From Podarcis tiliguerta (Eukaryota): a stretch of DNA of 64,000 bases. The position numbers and the translations under genes are program-made. Below the pieces are notes generated by a model. That model did not search any database. It had not been told where the DNA came from and saw only the letters and a program-made list of their open reading frames with translations. This document shows, piece by piece, positions 37,137 through 50,069 of the stretch; position 1 is the first letter of the stretch; the number at the start of each line of letters is the position of its first letter. The stretch lies in the NCBI GenBank assembly GCA_965153285.1, contig OZ229112.1; one strand, 5' to 3'.

Positions 37137-37197
37137 TTAAAAAGTTAATATGAAGGTTAACCAAAATGTGATGCAAACAGTTTTCCTTAAAAAGCAA

Positions 37198-37238
37198 GGG
37201 AGGGAGGGAGGGAGGGAGGGAGGGAGGGAGGAGAGGGT
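37198..37238 (+). repeat. (GGGA)n tract with G-quadruplex/triplex potential
   Basis: Repeated GGG runs with 1-nt loops. Confidence 0.85.
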
Positions 37239-38798
37239 GAATTACAGGAAGAAAGCGACGTGTGACAAAATGTCAGTTTTTCATCTTGCCTGTCTGCGAG
37301 GGTCTTGTGCATTTCCTGTCCTGGATTCTCACTATTTTAGCCTGCAAAGAGACAGCTGCTTTGGCACAGGCGTGCAATGTGGTGAGCAGACAACTCTGGG
37401 GGAGGTAGGAGTTGCAGGGGAGGGTGGGGGGTTAGGTGGATCGGACGAAAGCCTGGAAGGCAGCACAGAAGACGAATTTGCAGCTGAAGCTGCCTGTGGG
37501 TTAGCTGTGGCAGCTAAAGGTCCTGTGAAAAAAGCCTGGGCGTCCTTCGGTTGGTTGGCCAGCCTCCAAACAAGAACCGTTCACAGGCCTTTTCTCATAC
37601 TTGCCTGCTCCAAAGGGTCTAAACGGGGACAGGGGGAAAATGAATTGCTTTTTTATTGACCTCAAAGAGGGCCTTTTATGGGCAAGGCCTACGCCTGTCA
37701 TTTTTTGTTTGATCCCACTTGAGAAGCTGACCTCTGCTGCCTGCGGGGTCTGCCCTTCTCCAGGCAGCAGGTGACATTCCCAGCCAGTGTGAGGCTTTCA
37801 GGGCTGTTCCTGCCCCTCCGTGCTTCCAGCTACCCGTAGGCCATCTCAAGACAAATGGGCATTCAGTTACTGCACTGGCCGGAATGGGCACCAGAAGATT
37901 CAGGAGCATGATAAACTAGGCCCAGAGATACGTAGATGTGTGTTAAATTATTGCTTGCTTCCTAAGGAAAGCACTACATCAGCAAAGGCAACTGGTGTTT
38001 TTCTGCTTGCACAGAGGACTGTTCAAGGCTTATGTAATACTGTTATGTGGGGCTGTGGTGGTGTGAAACATGATCACACCAGTGACCCTGCTCTCGGAGT
38101 TCATATGTCTGACAGGACATCAAAAGGGGTGTTCAGATAGACACACACATTCACCTAACGTGCAAGGCAGAAATAGGATCACACTGGTTGACCTCAGTCC
38201 TAAATGCCAGTGTACCTAGTTCCCCACCCCCCACACAGCCAGAATGCATTAATGTGCAGGGGTACTCCATCTATCCGCGTGTGCATGAGCCCATATTTGC
38301 AAAAAAAAAAAAAAAAAGGAAAAGTCACTGCATGGTGACTTGTCACTTCAAACAACATTCTGTGAATCGGCACTTGCCATAGCCACTTTGAACATTAATT
38401 TGTTTAGTTTTATATAGTAAGGGACCAATCTAGCAACAACAAATCATTTAACATCAAATGGTGCAAAATATGATTATTATGTGGTATAGATGTCTGCTGT
38501 ACAAAAAGCCTACCGAACATAAGCCTTTTGATTTGAATAAATTGTGATAGACTCAGTCACATGACTGCAGCTCTGGTCTGGTTGAATCATTTGGTAGGGG
38601 TCTCCATGGGAAGCTGAGAGGCCCTGGAATATGTACTGAGTGAAGGAACAAACCCCTATAACCTGGCAGCCTGAAACTCAAGCCAGACTTCTTTCTGATT
38701 TCTAAGCTTTGGTATGACTGTCCAGATTTCCATGAGTTTGTTTTCACCCATGAGGGCTAGGAACATGTTGAATGAAATACTCTGATGATATTACCTGC

Positions 38799-39201
38799 TG
38801 TAATGGTTCTAGGGGTTGCTCGTGCGTAAGCCGGTGCAAACACCTGGCTGGATTGCCTGAGTGAACCTTTTCTGTCCAGACAGCCACTCCCCCGTGGCTG
38901 TCTCAATCGCTGGCAGAATCCTTCAGTGGGCGTTTCTTAAACTTCTTCCAGCAAAGAAGCTCTTTGACGCCTAGTCTTCTCCTACTCTCTCTGCGCGAAA
39001 GCCTTCTGTGCAAGAAGGGCGTAAGCAGCGAAGGACCTCTACTCTCCCCGCTGGTCCCCAGCAAGGAGTCATGGGACTGCCTCGCCGCTTCCCCCATCTG
39101 CCCCCCTTCTCCACTGGTGCTACGCTGATTCTCTTCCCCAGAAGATGGGCTGCCTCTGGATTTTGCTCTCTCCCTCCAGCACTGATGGCAGTTCCCTGAC
39201 A
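38799..39201 (-). mobile_element. LTR-like remnant
   Basis: TG...CA termini (minus strand starts tgtcagggaactgcc), CpG-richer than flanks. Only a partial 5-bp TSD (cctgc/cctag). Confidence 0.5.
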
Positions 39202-39810
39202 CCTAGGCTTCCAAGCTTCTGCATTAGAAGCTAACCTCTGGCTCTAATTGCAAAAGCCCTCTGCAAGCCATCAATTAAAGCTTTCTGGCAAGAGTGATCT
39301 GTTCTTCTCTTGGCAGCCTATTGAGTGGGAAGAGACAGACAGACAGACAGACAGGATGGCCCTGCTGCTTTTTGCTTTGAGTCCATCCACCACTGTCTTC
39401 AGCTTCCCTGCCCCTTGCCACTCAGATTATGTAGCTCATACTAGCCCTGGGCCCTTCAGAGAAAAAGGCTTGATCACCCCCTGCTTTCAGGCAGGCCACA
39501 AAAGAATACACAATATTCCACTGCATCCCTGAAATCATGTTACCTCTCATTCCTTCACCATTAGTAATAAGCATCACTGAGTAATTTCAAAGATTTTCTC
39601 TGGCATTGTTTCTCTGAGAAAATTGCCCCTACATTCCAGAACAATACAGCTTTTCATCACAAGCATGCAACTACAATTATTATTATTTAAATACATCTGG
39701 AAAAGAAAGAAAAAGAAAAGAAAAATGCTGACTAGGATTTCCCCACATTCATTAGAGTAACAATGCAGAAAAATTTTAACCTTTCATTTTTTTACATTTT
39801 GGTTAATTCA

Positions 39811-39815
<5 letters not shown>

Positions 39816-39846
<31 letters not shown>
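39816..39846. repeat. (CA)n microsatellite
   Basis: Direct reading. Confidence 0.95.
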
Positions 39847-39848
<2 letters not shown>

Positions 39849-42305
39849 GATTGTAACTTGCTTTATAATATGAGCTCACCAAAAAACTAAGCAACACAAT
39901 GATGTCAAAAATAGCAATATGTCAAACAACAAATAGAAAATAATTCAATAGCCATTCCAGATTCATGTGCAAACAATAGTTCAAGGATGCAGCACAATGC
40001 CAGTGGGGGCAGCAGAGCTCAGTGCAGTGGCTCTTTTTATAGTGAAGATCAGTCTCCTCCCCTTAATGTCTTGGATGTTAGGATCACTTCCAGACATCCC
40101 AGGGGGGAAACGGCGGCCACCAGTGGGAGCTGCCCCTCTTTGCAGCACCTTGGGACATTGCAACATGCAGAGTATCCTAGAAAAAATAAAGCAGTGACCA
40201 GTGGAAATCAGCTTTGCAGTAGTCAAATAATAAAAAAAGGAAGTAGCGAAAATGAGAAATAACAGTGAAGCAAATGAAACTAAACAAATGTGATGAATGA
40301 ATGAATGAATGAAAAGCATTTTTTTCTGAATGAATCATGCAGCGAACCAGGTTTTTAATAAGGTGAGCAAATTGAGGAATGAAATGTAAAGCACTTAGCG
40401 CACACCCCTAGGGCAGACTGCTGCCACTGACTTAGAACACATGCGCACAGATGCCCAGTGTGCTTTTATGGTTCTGAGCTCCTAAGTCCAGAACCAATTA
40501 TGTCCAAGCTTGATGAGTGACCTGGACAATGACTTTCCTCCCCGTCACTCTGCCAAGCCACTTTCTTTCCTGGACAATTACATTGACATTTCCTGTTTTC
40601 TCATCCCTCTTGCCTTCAGCCGCAGCCTAGTGTGCCACATGAGGAGTTCAGGAAAGGGAGAGATCTCATGCTGAGGCTGCGCATTGTATCTGAACTGGTG
40701 ACTGGGCTCTTTCGTTATACTGGCGGGTTGTGGGGGGGAGAGCTGTTGAGTCAGAAGGTCTGCGGTATCAATGGATCTGGGGAATTGTCTATGAGGAAAC
40801 TGCCGAGAGACGGCCCCAGTGGCTGCATCTGGCCTCTAATGAGCTTTCTGGTGGCAGCCCCATTCTCATCAGCCCCATTTGTTTTTACAGGCTGCCCTTT
40901 GTTGACTTTAAGCCTGGGTGGCTCTTTTTAAATTTTTTTCCTTGCCACACAGTACAAACATTCTCAGGCGTTAAGCTTTCCTTGCCCTGACTGCCTCCTG
41001 TTCATCTGGGACTGCGTGGGAGCTAAATTTAAACTTGATTGATAGCTTTTAACCTAGGGAAGGTCAGGATGATATTTTCCTGTAAAAATGTTCAGCTGTC
41101 TGTCTCCCCCCCCCCGCCCCCCCACTTTTCCATTTTATTTATTTGTTTACTGGAGTTTTCTCAAAGCACTACAGATTGCCTTTAAAAAACAGTGCTCCCC
41201 AGCTTTTCTACTGAAAGATATTTTGTTTTTAAATGTTGCAAAACGTCACGGGTGATGCCTCTTCTGTCTGAATACATGCAGACTAGGAAACAGAGCGACC
41301 AGTCAGGCTCTTTAAACAGGATGATTCATTAGAACATTTCTAGACTTTTTTTTCATACTGCACAACAAACTCCACAATCCTGAAAGAACCAGAAAGATCC
41401 TTTTGCTATGCGTTTCTGTGCTCCACTAGCCCTTGTGAAATGTCTCCCTCTTATGACCAGTGGGAGTCCTATTCCAATTGCCTGCCTCAACAACATTTAA
41501 ATTACACAGTGAGAGGAGGAGGAGCAAGACAACACCAACTTGAAGAGAACTTATCTTAGTCAACAATAGCACTGAATTTGCTAGGACTTTTTCAAGCTCT
41601 TTCCTTTACACCAGTTTTCACACTGGAAAAAATGTCAATCAGATCCCCACACCTAACCTAGTTTTTCAGGGAGGACTTTGGAATAACTAAGTTGAACACA
41701 TGCATTGCTAAATTGCAATGTAATACATGCATTGTACCAAAGAATTGGACAGAAGCCAGATTTTAAAAGGTATCCACATGGAGACAAAAATGTTACAGAC
41801 TCATTAGCCTAACTTCTGCCCCAGGTTAATCAAGCTAGAATGATTAACATGAAGAATAAGCGTTTCTGTGGAAGAATCAGCATGGCTTCTGCAAAGCAAG
41901 TCACAATATCACCAACCCTTTATGAACACTTTAAGCAAGTCAACAAACACATGTAGGTAAGAGTGATCTGGTAGACATTATTTAATTCGTCTTCAGGAAA
42001 GGATACTGGAACAATGGTAAATAATGATGTAGCCCTGCATTATGGCATTGCTAGATATATTATTATGGGGGAAAGGTATCTGCTGCCAGTGAAAGAAAGG
42101 AAAGAAAGGAAACCCATCTGCCTCTTTATAAGGTGGGGGAAAAACTGAACACCATGAAATTATTGATTTTCCTCCTCCCACTGTCATGGGGGACATACAG
42201 TTGCATGACAGTGGAATAATGAATATTTGTAACAGGTCTAGCTAAAGAACAGGAAGGCAAGGGTTTGAAAAAACTGAGAATTTTCATAATGGAGAGAAAT
42301 ACCAT

Positions 42306-42436
42306 GGGTTGTATTAGACAAAGCCATATTCAGAGTTGATCCATTGAAATCAATGGATTTCAGTTAGCAATGATTTAATGAAGTCCATTGATTTCAATAG
42401 CTCTCCTTTGAGTATGACTTAATCAGATACAATCCA
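42306..42436. mobile_element. Palindromic MITE (Harbinger-like)
   Basis: gggttgtat / atacaatcc termini and internal inverted attgaaatcaatgga / tccattgatttcaat. Confidence 0.65.
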
Positions 42437-42928
42437 GTGTGTAAAAAAAAGTCTGTATTGGGGCTAACGCTACCACAGCTCTGTGCCCGAAGTGGATCCT
42501 CCCTGTGTGAGTGCAGATCAAATGGGGAAATAAGAGGGGAAACCAAACTCAGGGGCTTTACACACCAATAGGACTTCTGAGATGTACAGGAAAAAATTGT
42601 TGTTGCAGCTGCTGTTTTAAATGGCACCAGAAAGCAGCATGCAGTTGCAACCTTTCAGTCAGTCAGGGCTGGCAGACTGAAGCATGTGTCTCGCTCAGCA
42701 CCTCCCTCTGGAACCTCTTAGTTCCTTTCTAAAATCCAACTTGTCACAGTTTTCAGGGTGCCAGATGATCACTTACTGCATAGGCACATTTTAAAATATC
42801 TTACATGGTAGCTTTAGTGCTTATTATCCAGAAAGCACTACAAAATAATATTTACAAGTAAATTGGAGGTAGCTTTAAATGCATATGTATTCTAACTAAT
42901 CTTCATCAACTCTTTTATTACTTGCATA

Positions 42929-43289
42929 AAAGGTAAAGGTACCCCTGCCCATACGGGCCAGTCTTGACAGACTCTAGGGTTGTGCGCCCATCTCACTTAA
43001 GAGGCCAAGGGCCAGCATTGTCCGGAGACACTTCCGGGTCACGTGGCCAGCGTGACAAGCTGCATCTGGCGAGCCAGCGCAGCACACGGAAACGCCGTTT
43101 ACCTTCCCGCCAGTAAGTGGTCCCTATTTATCTACTTGCACCCAAGGGTGCTTTCGAACTGCTAGGTTGGCAGGCGCTGGGACCGAACGACGGGAGCGCA
43201 CCCCGCCGCAGGGATTCGAACCGCCAACCTTTCGATCGGCAAGCCCTAGGCGCTGAGGCTTTTACCCACAGCGCCACCTGGGTCCCTGA
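42929..43289 (-). mobile_element. Full-length young Sauria SINE
   Basis: tRNA-derived head with A/B boxes, (ACCTTT)n tail, intact CpGs, and perfect 12-bp TSD attacttgcata (42917-42928, 43290-43301). Confidence 0.97.
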
Positions 43290-46200
43290 ATTACTTGCAT
43301 AGATATGTGTAAAATGGAAATAATAGGGACTCATCCCATCGGGTTGTTTATCTTTTAGGTTTTACATACCCAATGAGCTCATTGTGAGGTACACAGCTCC
43401 TTCACCTTCTTCATAACAATTCTGTGAGGCAGACTAAGCTGAGACATTTAAACCAATCGAAAGTCAGACTTCATGCCTGAGTTTTGAGCTACTAATGTGT
43501 ACATAGCCCAGCGCTGCACCTGAAGTCAACAAACTAGCTTAAAGGGCTCAGTGTGTGACACACAGATTTCTGGTCTTCATCACCTCGATGCTGCTTCCCC
43601 TCTCTCCACCCCACCAGCATCTGCTGTCTTTGGCAACTGCCTCACTTTGCCTAATGGTAGGACTGGCCCTTGATCAAGATAATATTCTCTCTGGGGAAAG
43701 GGCAGATCTCTCACTGGGGAGTTAAAGGTTCATTACAAGTGTTAGGAGGAACCAAAACCCACAACTAAACCTGGCTAGGATTCCCAGCAAGATCATCATA
43801 TTCCTTCTTGATAAAGCATATTTTTCTGTAGCCTGGAGAATGCAATCTCACCCCTGATTTAAATTAGAATAAAATACAAATCTTCTGCCAGGCATTTCCC
43901 CCCCTTGAGCTCTAAGTAAAGTACCTTGGTCTTGTCATCTCTTCACTTGTCACCCTTGATTCCACACACAATACCCACTTACAAATTACTTGCTTTCATT
44001 TTGAAGTTCTTCAAGGGCTGCTCCCTGCTCATATCATCTCTCACATACCATTGTGTTGTCAACTCCCACCTCCGCCCCACCAGCTATGCCAAATGTTGTT
44101 GTCTGTTTTCAATTTTCACTCAAGCACCTTCATCTTTCCTTCGAGGTTGCTTGCAAAGTATTTGCAGGGAGTGGGAGGGAGATATCTTCCCTGCCCTGCC
44201 TCCAACATTTCTTCTGCTTTGAAAAGGTAGCACTGCTTATTTACGGCCTTTGCTGTGTTCTTGTATGTACATTTGGGCTACAGTCTGGCTCACCATAAGA
44301 ACATAAGAACAAGCCTCAAATAAGGGCTAGAAAGAAACAGTCTTTTCCACCTGCATTCAGTGGCCTACACTGTCTGCAAACATGCAGTTGTCATTACTAA
44401 TAAGTGGCCATGTATCCTACTATACAGAGGACAGCCTTCTGTTTGAAGGCATCCTCTATTTGAAGGGCTGTCCAATCCCAATTCTGGTAGATGAAGAATC
44501 ATAAGAAGGGAGAACAGGGGCCTTGCAGATGACCATCAACAGTTGGCTCCTGGTCAGCAGACTAAGCAGGCCCATCATTCACCTGGTCAAAGTCTTCCTC
44601 TCCATGATTGAATGTACTATATTTCTGTTTAAACTGAAGGTGTCTCTACATACAGATTGGCACATGCTGATAATATACAAACCTTGCTGTACTTTGGTGT
44701 TTGACAATATCCTCAATTTGCTTTTTCCAATCCCAGAGGTAAAATCTAGCATGTGCCTATCAAAAACTTCAATAGGAGGAGGGGAAGGAGAAGAATCATC
44801 ATCCCAGAACACTAGGGAGAGATGTTTCATTCTAATGTATAAATTTTGTATTGGATTTTGAAGGATAGATGTTATCTGTCCCTGCTTAACTACTGTGCCA
44901 TTATTGATTAAGTATGGAAATCATTTTGCCCAGGTGGCATTAATTAGAGCAGAGATTTATCTAGACTAAATTTGGTTTAATATGTCCTTCGCTCTCTAAA
45001 CTCTTCCAATAAATGACTGTGATTTACCGCATAACAAGATGCTCATGTGAGAGGGGGATCTGTGATTTGCTCAAATGTGTACATATCATAGCAATAGATC
45101 TAATTGCAGCCATATGGCTTTTGTTTCTATGTGTGCATGTGTAAATGCTGCTTTATCCTTGAACACTCTCGATTTTTGTCAGTTGTATAATAAAAAGTGA
45201 ACAGTTCACCCCAGGAGAAGGAGATGAAAGCAAAAAGACAACGTATTCAATGGATTAATTTTTATCATCTTGCCATTAATGACTTGCAGAGCTGGCCAGC
45301 TTCTGTTTTATTGAAAGCTTTTCTATTGTCCATGCAGTATTCTTGAGTTAGATGTGCATTTTGTTGTGCAACCTGGCTTTGATGTTCTGAGTCACTGTTT
45401 CCAGGACACATTTTGCACCTTCATTTACACATGAGATCTTTCAATATTAAGGCCCTGAAATCTATCTCAATGTTACCCATCTATGCTGGTGGCTGGTGTT
45501 TGATGGGATATAGCCACATGGTGGGTTATGGTCCCCTCCCCTCAAACACTACTTTCCCACCCACCATAAGTTCTGGAATCTTGTGGTCTGCTGTGTGCAT
45601 GCATGCGGGTCTTTATTAAATGTTTTAAAGGTGTTTAAATATGCTAGCTTTTCATTAGATCAGATTTGCATAAAAGAGCAGTCAAAAATAATAATAAAAT
45701 ATGTGTCTCTACATCGTTCCAAACCAAGTAACCTGAAATCTGTTGCAGGCATGCAGAGGTATTTGTTTACCTAAGTGCATGTACCTTTAATTATTATTTT
45801 TAAATGGAAACACAAATCATATATATATGTATATACACACACACACAATTTGAAAATAAGTGCGGTAAAATCTGTGTATGTTGCTTTGAGCCATGAAAGC
45901 TAAAATCCATTGCAGGTATGAACCCAAGTATTGTATATATGCTATTTTATTATTATTAGTTTTTTCATGTACCAGATTTGCACAAAAGAGCAGTCAATTT
46001 TAGAGAGAGAGAGAGGCCAAGCCAGGCAAGGATTTGGAGTTGCTGGCATAAAAGGCTGCTGCTTCCCTTTTCCTTTACCACTTCCTGTATCTGAAGGGGC
46101 AAATTTTATTTTTATTTTTATTTTGAAACACAGCTGTTTTGTTAAAGAGAGAAATACTTCAGCAACAACCAGTGGGAAAAGTCGGGCTGCATCCTTTCCT

Positions 46201-48383
46201 TTGGCCTGATTGAAACACAGTGAAAGTAGAGGGTGTGGCAATAGACAGCATCACCACACATATACTATAATATTTCTGCATTGACAGTTACGTATAGTAC
46301 ATTTGCTTGATTTATTCTAAAATTTGTACAGCACTTTCTACTCCTCTACAGAAGGCCCAGAGGCCCAAAATCTTCAGGAGTCCAGTCAGCCTGTACATCG
46401 CACTAAATCATTGTGGCTGAAGAGAAACCACACCAATCAAACCACTTCTTCCTAGACAGACTTCAGGCTCAGTTGCCATAAGTTTCGCCTTTCTCTTATT
46501 TCAGAAGAGAGTACAAAGAAATGCAGAGGCAGGGGGTGGACTGTTTTCTCCTTTTACTCAGCTTCCCCTGGCTCTGTCTTGCTTTTCTCCTTGATGACTG
46601 CTTAAACTGTGCGTGCTGCAAAAATCAAAAGCAAAAAGCAAAGGAACACTGGAAACAGACAGCACTTGTTTCAGGCAGTTGAAGGTGGCATGACAGAGGC
46701 ATCATTGTCCATGGTACACACACTCATCTCACTATTGCCTCCATTAACAGGTTTTTGTTGTGCTTCAAACACTTGAAGACCCTGTACAACCGAAGATTAC
46801 AGTGGGACCACAAAAAAAGTGTGTACAGAACAGGAAATTATGCTGCCGTCATCACAACTCCAACTTCCATAACACCTATCATTTTCTTCAGTCATCAGAC
46901 AATACTCTTTACTTTTATAAATCCTTGATGTGTGAACCTAGGAAATTGTTGTACTTGTCTTTTTAAAAAAGTGGCTGGGTTTGAAGATCTTGGCTAATCA
47001 TTACGCAATAAGACTTTTGTCCATCATGTTCACAAGATATTTGTATAAGCAGAAACTTGGATGCAGGATATCCTGAGACAAGAACAAATTGCTTCCCGAA
47101 AAACATCAGTTTGCCACCCCGTTAACCTGGAAAGTTGTGTGAGTTTTGTGCTGCAATTTTCTTGTCATTTTCATGGATCACACCATGTGATGAAATTGGA
47201 GGCAGTATTCTGACATATAGCTATGCTGCTCTGTCCTACCCTGCCCACTGGTGCGAATGTAATTTAGCACAACATGACAGTATATTGATAAAAAAAAAAA
47301 CACAGGGAATGCAGTATAAAATGAACATTAGGAAGTGGGACAAAAGCACTAACATTAGAACCAGACAAACTAATACAGTAATGTCTGCATCTGAATGAAC
47401 CTCTTATTCACCCTGGAAACCAATGGAGAGGGCAGATGGATAGTTAAGGAATGTACAGAAGTTGTGCTCTCCTTGCAGTGAAGAGCTAGGTCTCAGATTA
47501 ACAAAATAGACTTACAGCTGAGAGCAATTCAACATATAGCCTTACTACTAGAATGCAAAACACAATTAAAAAAATAGTAATTTAATTTTGATGATATAAG
47601 AATAAGGGAATTTCAATCCCTTAAAAAGAAAATCATTTAGTTTTGTTAACAAGTTCCAACTCTTCACGTGATTATATTTTGCCTGGGTCTGTAGGTGGGA
47701 CATCAGAATGTATCAATTTGTATTGATTTATTCCATTCGTATTTTGCTCATGCTCCCCCTATTTTATCTTCACAACCACCTTGTAAAGTACGTTGGAGTT
47801 ACTGTCCAAAGATCTTCCATTTGCTTCGTTGATTGAAGTGGTATTTGAAGCCAGGGATAGCAACCTGGACACCCAAGTGAACTATGATGAACTACGAATG
47901 ACTTCTAAAACCCCACCAAAACACAATCTACTTCCTTTCATCTATTTTGGTAAAAGAAAATGACCACTATAAATGCTTGCTCTTTCCTGAACGGATGATG
48001 TTGTCACTCTTCCTGTTCAGCCTTGTTGTCTCATCATTGGTGGAGGAAGTCATTTATCTCAAGTCATGTTGTTCAACCGTGATTCAGCTACTGAGTTCTT
48101 CTCCTAGCTCGGCCTTTGCCTCATTCATTTGTCACGTTTGCTAGTACTAGCCTTCCTCCATTCATTGAACAAACAGGAAAGGGGGACTCCTCTGTCTGAA
48201 AGGCAAGCCTCACACAATGGGTTGACATGAGAGCAGAGGCAGTACCTTTTTGTGTGTGCGGCACCATTTCCCCACCACTGAGGCTGACGGACAGCCTCCC
48301 ACCAGTTCCCTCAGGCTAGCAGTATGCGACTACAACCAAGCACAGAAAGCTGGGAAGATGCCAATACTTGATATCCCTTACCT

Positions 48384-48397
48384 GTTGCCATAGAAAC
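48384..48397. promoter_or_regulatory. RFX X-box
   Basis: GTTGCCATAGAAAC closely matches the X-box palindrome GTTGCCATGGCAAC, lies outside recognisable repeats and abuts a minus-strand donor CAG|GTAAGG. Confidence 0.55.
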
Positions 48398-49134
48398 CAA
48401 AGTGCAATATGTGCTGTATTTACTGGGTAGAGAGCTGTGTCGTTTTCTAAACCCTTTAAGAAGATGTAGATCTTTTATTTTATTTTAAATAGAATATCAA
48501 CAACAAAGCAGCAAATTCAAAAATTAAGTGTCGCTTCTGGGTTAAATTACTGGCTGTCAACTTCCAACTGCAAATATTGGGCAATGACTGTCATGTTCCA
48601 AGCAGCATGTGTTCCACAAGCGAAGATGTATCTGTTTTCTCTTATTTGAGGCAGGGCAGAGCTTTAGTTTAAAAGAAAATGAAAGGACAGCTCCTAGTTG
48701 AGATTCCATGGGAATGTTACACAGGACAGAGGTCTGCATATGAGATGGATAACTTATGGATACAAAAATGAAGGAATTTAGGCAGCAGAATGGGAGATAA
48801 TTTTGTACAGTAGTTCTCCAGCTGTGGGTAAACTATAGAAGTGTGGCACTTCTCTATGTGATGCATGATCGTTATGGGATCTGCAACTGATCTGGCTTTA
48901 TTTCAAGTCAGACAGAAGACACTGCCTTCAGGATGACCCAAAAATGACCAATGATGGCTGCTGCCATGTAGAATTGTACAGGATTCAATTTAGGAAGGCC
49001 CTTCTAGCACCCCACATGTGCAGTAGTGACAAATTTCATCTGTTGAATGTTGTCTGAAGGGTGATACAACTCAAGGTTTTTGGTTTGGTTTTCATTATTT
49101 TCATGATGTTATGATGCATCAAGTACCACATGCC

Positions 49135-49261
49135 CACCATACATTTAAAGCACATGAACTCCCAAATAATCTTGTTTGTTGAGTGCAGGAACTGCAAACT
49201 ACAGTTCCCGGGATTCTTTGGAGGGAGCCGTGTGCTTAAAATGGACTTTAAATATATGGTG
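49135..49261. mobile_element. Palindromic MITE (Harbinger-like)
   Basis: Inverted arms caccatacatttaaag / ctttaaatatatggtg. Confidence 0.7.
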
Positions 49262-50049
49262 TGTATGTTGGTTCTCACAATACCCTGAAGTCCTAGGGTG
49301 AAGCTAAACATCTGCTAGAGCTCTGATCACCTTCACTTGAATAATAATAATGACTTGAGGACTCATCCAACGACCATGTAATATTCTTGCCTATCTTCCG
49401 ATCGCTGGATTTATCACAGGTAGTATCACCAGTGGTACTTGATGAAATGATGCTTCAAATAATGCAGAGGTGGAGAACCTCAGCTCTGGAATCCTTGATC
49501 CTTCTCGGCGGCACATCACACAAAGCCAAGCCAAGCTGACTCATGTTTAAGCTCTCTTAATATTAACCATTAATGTTAAATAATATTTCTTTACCAGAGG
49601 TCTTTCCTGCAAACCTATTCCACTGAGATCCCAGGAAGGTAGCTTAGGTGTTTAGTTGCTAGGCTCCTTGGGCCCCAATAAGAAACATCTATACACAAAA
49701 CCAGTTTGGAAGGCTGCAGTACTAAATCCTGTGTTTGTATTGTCTTGTGTTTGTCCAGAATTTCTTAGCACCCTGCTACATAGCCAGTTCATACGACTGC
49801 AGGTTGCTAATACTGCACAGGCTTGCTCTACCATGATGCCCAGTAGTCGTGGTCAGCAGATTCAGAGATCTTCTCACTTTCTTCAGTTGCTGCTCAGTGA
49901 TGGTATCTGGACATAGCTGAATGGTGCATTTTGGAAGCACCTGGTGTTTCTTTCAGGGCTTTTCATCTTGAGGGCCATATTCCCTCACAAACAACCTTCT
50001 GAGGGGCACATGTAGGTGGGTCAACAAATGTGATTCATGCCTTTGCACA

Positions 50050-50069
50050 CTAGGCGACATGCCAGCCAC
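50050..50069 (-). CDS. Candidate terminal exon of an unidentified minus-strand gene (phase-1 reading: GWHVA*)
   Basis: Acceptor cttttgactttcag|GT. Downstream AATAAA candidates near 48.9 kb and 48.47 kb. Reading frame not established. Confidence 0.35.
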
